A stretch of DNA of 39,344 nucleotides from Chiloscyllium plagiosum (taxonomy: Eukaryota). The position numbers and the translations under genes were made by a program. This document shows positions 33,820-39,344 of this stretch, in pieces. The stretch is from positions 26,134,572-26,173,915 of the forward strand of contig NC_057720.1 of the NCBI RefSeq assembly GCF_004010195.1, written 5' to 3'. Every line of letters begins with the position of its first letter. The first letter of the stretch is position 1. The notes beneath the pieces were generated by a model. That model was not told the DNA's origin and did no database searches. It saw only the letters and a program-made list of their open reading frames with translations.

Positions 33820-34160
33820 TAAAAGCAAAATACCGTGAATGCTGGAAATTTGAAATGAAATCAGAAAATGCTGGAGAAACTCAGCAGGTCTGACAGCATT
33901 GATGGAGATTCCTGATGAAGGGCTTTGGCCCAAAAAGTTGATTTTCATGCTCCTTGGATGCTGCCTGACCTGCTGTGCTTTTCTAGCACTACTCTAATCT
34001 TGACTCTAATCTCCAGCATCTGCAGTACCCACTTTCACCCAGCATTGATGGAGAGAGGAGTATTCAATGTTTTGAGTTCCAAAGAAGAATCTTTGGACTT
34101 GAAACATTAACTCTGTTTCTCTCTCCACTGATGCCGCCAGACTCACTGAGTTTCTCCAGC
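33820..34160. mobile_element. Fold-back short PLE-derived element containing a nested insertion
   Basis: cagaaaatgctggagaaactcag is complementary to ctgagtttctccagcattttctg. Confidence 0.8.
33909..34039 (+). mobile_element. Solo Penelope-like pLTR with 15-bp TSD
   Basis: Begins ttcCTGATGAagggc. Flanked by the perfect direct repeat cagcattgatggaga at 33894-33908 and 34040-34054. Confidence 0.85.
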
Positions 34161-34189
34161 ATTTTCTGTTTTTATTTCGAGGCAAAAAG

Positions 34190-34455
34190 TTACAGCTGAT
34201 TGCAGATGCCAGTGAAAATATTCTGTTAACACAATGTAGAGCAATACTTCATAAAGTGACACCAAAAGCATTTCATATCTGACAGGAGATGTGCGGGAAC
34301 AGAAGGACCTTGCTGCCCCAAAGGTTCAGGCTTCATTGTGATTTGATGGTCTATGAAAACTGTCTCAAATTAGAGTTGAATTGACGAGCTGACAAGTCAG
34401 TGACAAAAGGGAAGACCTTAAATACTCAAGTAGTTCAGGCTGAAAGAACAATAAC
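34190..34455 (-). pseudogene. Decayed SEC14/CRAL-TRIO domain exon (SESTD1/Trio/Kalirin type)
   Basis: Strong acceptor(s). Across frameshifts it reads FPFVTDLSARQFN / MKPE / FG..RSFC...YEMLLVSLYEVLLYIVLTEYF, compared with recalled SESTD1 FTVIVDGRKSQWN / VKPDEFW...HFC...FEVILVSANKLTRYIEPCQLTEDF. Confidence 0.7.
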
Positions 34456-34546
34456 CTAAAAAAAAAGAACTTGAAGCTTCAATTGGGAGTCACCGCCATA
34501 GCACACGGATTCTACAAGGCAGACCTATAAAAATAAAACTAAGAGT

Positions 34547-34840
34547 GGGTGGCACGGTGGCACAGTGGTTAGCACTGCCGCCTCACACCGCCAGAGACCC
34601 GGGTTCAGTTCCCGCCTCAGGCGACTCTCTGTGTGGAGTTTGCACATTCTCCCCGTGTCTGTGTGGGTTTGCTCCGGTTTCCTCCCGCAAACCAAAAATG
34701 TGCAGGTTAGGTGAATTGGCCATGTTAAATTGCCCATAGTGTTAGGTGTAGGGGAATGGGTCTGGGTAGGTTGCAGGTCGGTGTGGACTTGTTGGGCCAA
34801 AGGGCCTGTTTCCACACTGTAAGTAATCTAATCTAATCTA
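34547..34840 (+). mobile_element. tRNA-derived V-SINE (HE1-like)
   Basis: Head ggcacggtggcacagtggttagcac, core, and (AATCT)n tail. Confidence 0.93.
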
Positions 34841-34914
34841 AAAGACCAACAAGAGAAAACTCATCTGTTTAAAGAGTGGAAGGTGGGGGAAATCGCTAAC
34901 TAAGATACTTAGGC

Positions 34915-35025
34915 AGATGTCTCCATCAAAGGGATGTGAGATTATGGTCTAGCACACACAATTTTTCAGGAAAAAAGTAGATCACAATGGGAATTATAGC
35001 AAGGCCCCAAAGCACGGGGAGACCT
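34915..35025 (-). pseudogene. Decayed SEC14 N-terminal exon (SESTD1-like)
   Basis: GLAIIPIVIYFFPEKLCVLDH, compared with recalled SESTD1 GLILTIPL...DELSVTLDY. Confidence 0.5.
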
Positions 35026-35284
35026 CTATTACAATCATGATGGTTGGGAAACTCTGCAATACAGCAAAGCATGAGATAACAACCATTACTACAGAATAAA
35101 AATCTTTAATAAAAAATCCCTTATCGTGTTAGAAAGCTGTAGCATCAGAAATAGATTTAAATTTTAAATATGGTCCACGTTGAGCACAATCTTGACATCC
35201 TGATGAAGATAATTCTTGAGGTTTTGAATAGTTTTTAAAGTGGCCACTAAGATAGAAGCTGAAGAAGTAAGTGTATGTACTCAA

Positions 35285-35600
35285 TTGGTAATACTTAATG
35301 AAACAGACAAATTTGAAGAGTTATTCAAAACCTTTGATGACTATATCATCTCATAATAATGACATACTTAAAAGAGGAAGATTCAATAAAAGAGTGCAAT
35401 ATTCAGGTGAACCCCGAGATGATTTCAATCAATGATTCCTACAAGCCTTTGGAGAGATGAAATTATGACTTAAAGCTATCACTCATGTTAAACAGGATTA
35501 TTGTAGGCATAATTGATGATACTTTGTCAGAACTATTGCAGCCCAAAGAAGACTTAAATTTAAATAAAACCATTCAGAGATGGTGAATGAATCAGAAGTT
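35285..35600 (+). mobile_element. Ty3/Gypsy gag fragment
   Basis: FEELFKTFDDY / ILKRGRFNKRVQYSGE..DDF / IND...NRIIVGIIDDTLSELLQPKEDLNLNKTIQ matches the Gypsy Gag pattern ER..FN.R.Q..GE....F...DRIVVGI.D..LS..L....L.L.KAI. Confidence 0.75.
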
Positions 35601-36526
35601 CAGAACTAAAACATATTAATCTGAAAGGGATGATAAAATTTGAGACAGGAGTGAGAGACTATTGCTAAAATCGGGAATTCACATAGAGTTTGAGTAATAC
35701 ATAAGTCATCTTTTCACATATACTCAGAATGGGGAGTAGCTGATTAGATTATAGTGTCCCTTCTTTTCCTTCCTCTTCCATCCCCTTTTTCTGTTTGTTT
35801 TCCTGCATTTCAGTTCTTGCTTGTTCTGTTTTGGCATATTTCCTCCTAACAGTATGATTATGCAGTATATGATACACTACCATGAATTTTGAGGTGCACA
35901 CATCCAATCATTCATGGGCCTTGAGAAAGTCCCAGCATTGGAATTACTGCCTGAGGATGTCATGGTCAATAAAATGGTTCTCATTGTGTATACAAATCAT
36001 GAGCTATGCCATCAACATACAGCTCTTGTTACCCATTAGCTATCCTTTACAGTTATTGGGGTATCTGAAACACAGTTAGCGTGGAGGACAGCAACAGAAT
36101 GATTACACAATGATTGCTGCTGAATACCAGACAATGTCTCGTATGATGTAATGTTTGATATCACATAATGGCAATGTGTGAAGGGGTTTGTATCCTTTTC
36201 TTTCTAGATTTGTTTGACATTCACCTTCAGTCCAATTCAGCACAATTGCACTCTACATCATGGGCAAGTCTGCAATCTCTACAGAGCTTTGTACACACAC
36301 TACCTGTCTCTTCCTGTTAAGAGAGGTTCAAATAAATTTTCTTTTATGGAACGGTGGTTGACAATTTGCAATTTACAGGAGCCTGGTTGGAGTCAGATGC
36401 ATAAAGAAGCAGAATAGCTACTAACACCAATGGATTTTCCAACTTTGATGTGATTACCACAGTTGGCAAAGTGCCTTGGTGAGGTGCAGGTGTCTCAAGC
36501 ATTGTTTGATTTCAGATTTAGATCTT

Positions 36527-36832
36527 TTAGATTAGATTAGATTACTTACAGTGTGGAAACAGGTCCTTCAGCCCAACAAGTCCACACCGACCCTCTGAAG
36601 AGCAACCCACCCAGACCCATTCCCTTACATTTACTCCTTCACCTAACACTACAGGCAATTTTAGCATGGCCAATTCACCTAACCTGCACATTTTTGGACT
36701 GTGGGAGGAAACCGGAGCACCCGGAGGAAACCCGTGCAGACACAGGGAGAATGTGCAAACTCCACACAGACAGTTGCCTGAGGTGGGAATTGAACCCGGG
36801 TGTTGGGCGCTGTGAGGCAGCAGTGCTACCAC
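36527..36832 (-). mobile_element. tRNA-derived V-SINE (HE1-like)
   Basis: (TTAGA)n tail, core, and 5'-clipped head. Confidence 0.93.
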
Positions 36833-37140
36833 CTCTAGTTTGCCACTGAACTTCAGGTTAGTGAATTGTTCTCTGAACAGCATGGGTGGACGTGACCTCC
36901 TGTTGAAAGACTTTGTCCCAGATTTTTCTCTTCTTTGAGCCTTTTCCAGCAATTTCGCCAGCTCTGTGTGATCCACGCTCATTCTCCCAGTGATGCCTGA
37001 TCCCAAGAGAACTTCTAATAGCCCATTCATGTCTGAGGAACTCGATTTGTTCAAATGTCCTGAAGTCAGCAAAAACCCGTTCCCAGCTTCCACAGTACAC
37101 CCTGCAGATTTCTGGAACTTGAAAGCACCTTCAGAAAACA
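36833..37140 (-). other. Candidate coding exon of unknown identity
   Basis: Pyrimidine-rich tract plus ttttcag acceptor at 37141, then about 100 stop-free codons (…SVDHTELAKLLEKAQRREK…) up to the SINE. Not recognised. Confidence 0.3.
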
Positions 37141-38179
37141 CTGAAAACATGTAGCATCATAGAAACCACCAGAAAGAAATAAAAACAACTAACCTCAGCT
37201 GTTAACAGGCCCTTTAGGTAGAGATGATACTTTATGTTTTATAAGGTCAAGAGGAGGAAATCAGCTGGAGGTTTGAGCTTCAAAACCCTAATGTGGGTGT
37301 TAAATTAGCATTTAAAACATTTTTGTTTGCATTTTCTTCGAATGCTAATGTTTATTCATTACGTTGGCTATAGAGGCAAAAAGGTTTGATTGGGTGTGCC
37401 GTTAAAGACAGGAGTTTTCAGAATGTTACATCTACTAATGCATCCAGAGTCAGCAATCCGAGCATCTGTGCTGACTGTGCTGTGTTGATGTCATGGAAGT
37501 GATGTGTGCACATGATCTGAATCTGATTTATGATGGAAAAGAAATGAAGGCTGTGCAAATTAGATTTTTTACAGGGACATGGATCTTCTTTAGGTCTTTG
37601 CCATGAGGATTGTATTCTTTATATTGCAGCAAATGTTAGTTTGTCATTCCCTAGTTAGTTATGGAACAAGGACAGTGGTGAGCTGCCAACAGTTACTGCA
37701 CTAATAGTTCCCTGAAGACATGCCATTAATCAAAAGGATGATTCAGATCACACATCTAGATACCGTTTACTAAAAGCAAGATTGTAACTATTCTCCTCTG
37801 CATAAGCCCTAATACAAATATATCATCCCACCATCATAGCAGCAAATAACTGACTAAAAGCTGGAACAGTAAGCCTAGGCTCCTTCAACTTTAACTTTGA
37901 TTTTAAAAAAGGGAACAGTCCTGGTGTGAAGAGAGAGGTTAATGATATTGTTTACCTTTCGGAGTTTGAACAAGGTTTAGAATTTTTGAAATTGGCACTT
38001 TACCCGTGTTCTTTGACAATTACAAAATTTCCTTTGGGCTGGAGTTTCTTTCACTAGCTCTCTCTCTTTTCTTTATGTGAATAAGAACTTCATTTTTGAT
38101 TTAAATGATTTGAAAATTAAATGATTTTAAAGATTCCTGCACACAAGTGACAGTATGCAAATGACCACCTGTGCTACTT

Positions 38180-38632
38180 AGTCATAGAGTCATAGAGATG
38201 TACAGCATGGGAACAGACCCTTCAGTCCAACATGTTCATGCCGACCAGATATCCCAACCCAATCTAGTCCCACCTGTCAGCACCCGGCCCATATCCCTCC
38301 GAACCCTTCCAATTTAGACACCCATCCAAATGCCTCTTAAATGTTGCAATTGTGCCAGCCTCCACCATATCCTGTGGCAGCCATTCCATACCCGTACCAC
38401 CCTCTGTGTGAAAAAGTTGCCCCTTAGGTCTTTTTTATATCTTTCCCCTCTCACCCTAAACTTATGACCTCCAGTTCTGGACTCCCCAACCCCAGGGAAA
38501 AGACTTTGCCTATTTACCCTATCCATGCCCCTCATAATTTTGTAAACCTCGATCAGGTCAGTCTCCGACGCTCCAGAGAAAACAGCCCCAGCCTGTTCAG
38601 CCTCTCCCTATAGCTCAAATCCTCCAACCCTT
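38180..38632 (-). mobile_element. CR1 LINE 3' end
   Basis: ORF MRGMDRVNRQSLFP...FFTQRVVRVWN and (CATAGAGT) tail. Confidence 0.93.
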
Positions 38633-39115
38633 GACAAATGATCTCTTTATTGATCTGTATTATTAATAGCCGAATACTACACATTCATTATTTTTAATAC
38701 TGGGCTGATGTGGTGACAGTTTCCCTGGATGCATACATTTATTAAAATACAGCTGTATTGATTACACTAGCTTTCTTCAAGTTCTCTACATGCTGTGGCA
38801 AACAGATAGAGGCTTCCTCCCCTCAGCAGACTGGTGCAGATATATTTTTTAGAAGAATCATATTCTTAGGCTGAGAAACAGAGAGAAATGCTGTTAACAA
38901 ATGGCCTAAATATTTCATTTTTTGTCAAATTGAATGGGCTGAGCAGAACATCTTCTGCCACACAAGGCAAAAAATAAATATTTGAGAGTAACAAAGAACT
39001 TCCGATCATGGGAACTTAAAGAGAAATTAGATGAGCACATAAGAGTGAATGGAACAGAATGATATATTGATACGAGAGATAGAATTGGATAGCACCAGGT
39101 TATTAACTCCATGTG

Positions 39116-39344
39116 GGGTAAAAACAATGACTGCAGATGCTGGAAACCAGATTCTGGATCAGTGGTGCTGGAAGAACACAGCAGTTCAGGCAGCATCCGA
39201 GGAGCTTCGAAATCGACGTTTCGGGCAAAAGCCCTTCATCAGGAATAAAGGCAGTGAGCCTGGAGCGTAGAGAGATAAGCTAGAGGAGGGGGGGGGTGGG
39301 GAGAAAGTAGCATAGAGTACAATGGGTGAGTGGGGGAGGGGATG
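39116..39344 (-). mobile_element. Penelope-like element 3' pLTR (continues beyond the window)
   Basis: Near-identical to 19730-19817 plus 19525-19610. Confidence 0.88.
39210..39247 (-). ncRNA. Minimal type I hammerhead ribozyme motif
   Basis: Same intact CUGAUGA-A-GGGC-uuuu-GCCC-GAAA-CG-UC core as 19524-19561. Confidence 0.75.

Noticed and set aside
34547..34625. tRNA gene (also the heads at 14836, 16680-16749 and 23990-24058)
   Set aside because: These are tRNA-derived SINE heads continuous with SINE core and tail, not standalone tRNAs.
35070..35150. Possible first coding exon of the SESTD1-like gene (…TIRDFLLKIFIL**)
   Set aside because: The position fits, but the similarity and splice signals are too weak to call.

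Overview
Eukaryotic, repeat-rich vertebrate DNA. The mix of tRNA-derived V-SINE/HE1-like SINEs, CR1 LINEs, Penelope-like elements (PLEs) and a PIF/Harbinger relic points to a cartilaginous fish (inferred). There is a 500-N assembly gap at 32952-33451. No intact, recognisable protein-coding gene is supported, and almost all listed ORFs are transposon fragments, minisatellite read-throughs or gap artefacts. Between the repeats, the minus strand carries a series of decayed, partly splice-site-bounded exon relics. At about 32.3-35.0 kb they resemble, in the right order, the SEC14/CRAL-TRIO domain and first spectrin repeat of SESTD1/Trio-type proteins. At about 13.4-27.4 kb, and more weakly down to 0.5 kb, they resemble titin-type Ig I-set domains. 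This suggests a pseudogenised SEC14-spectrin-Ig (SESTD1/CCDC141/titin-like) locus. Other notable features are minimal hammerhead ribozyme motifs in several PLE families, a solo PLE repeat with a 15-bp target-site duplication, a 1.2-kb inverted PLE, two minisatellite-carrying inserts that share a terminal motif, a CR1/Gypsy chimera and a CR1 with a twin-priming-like inversion. All protein comparisons were made by eye against family motifs recalled from memory, and repeat boundaries are approximate.
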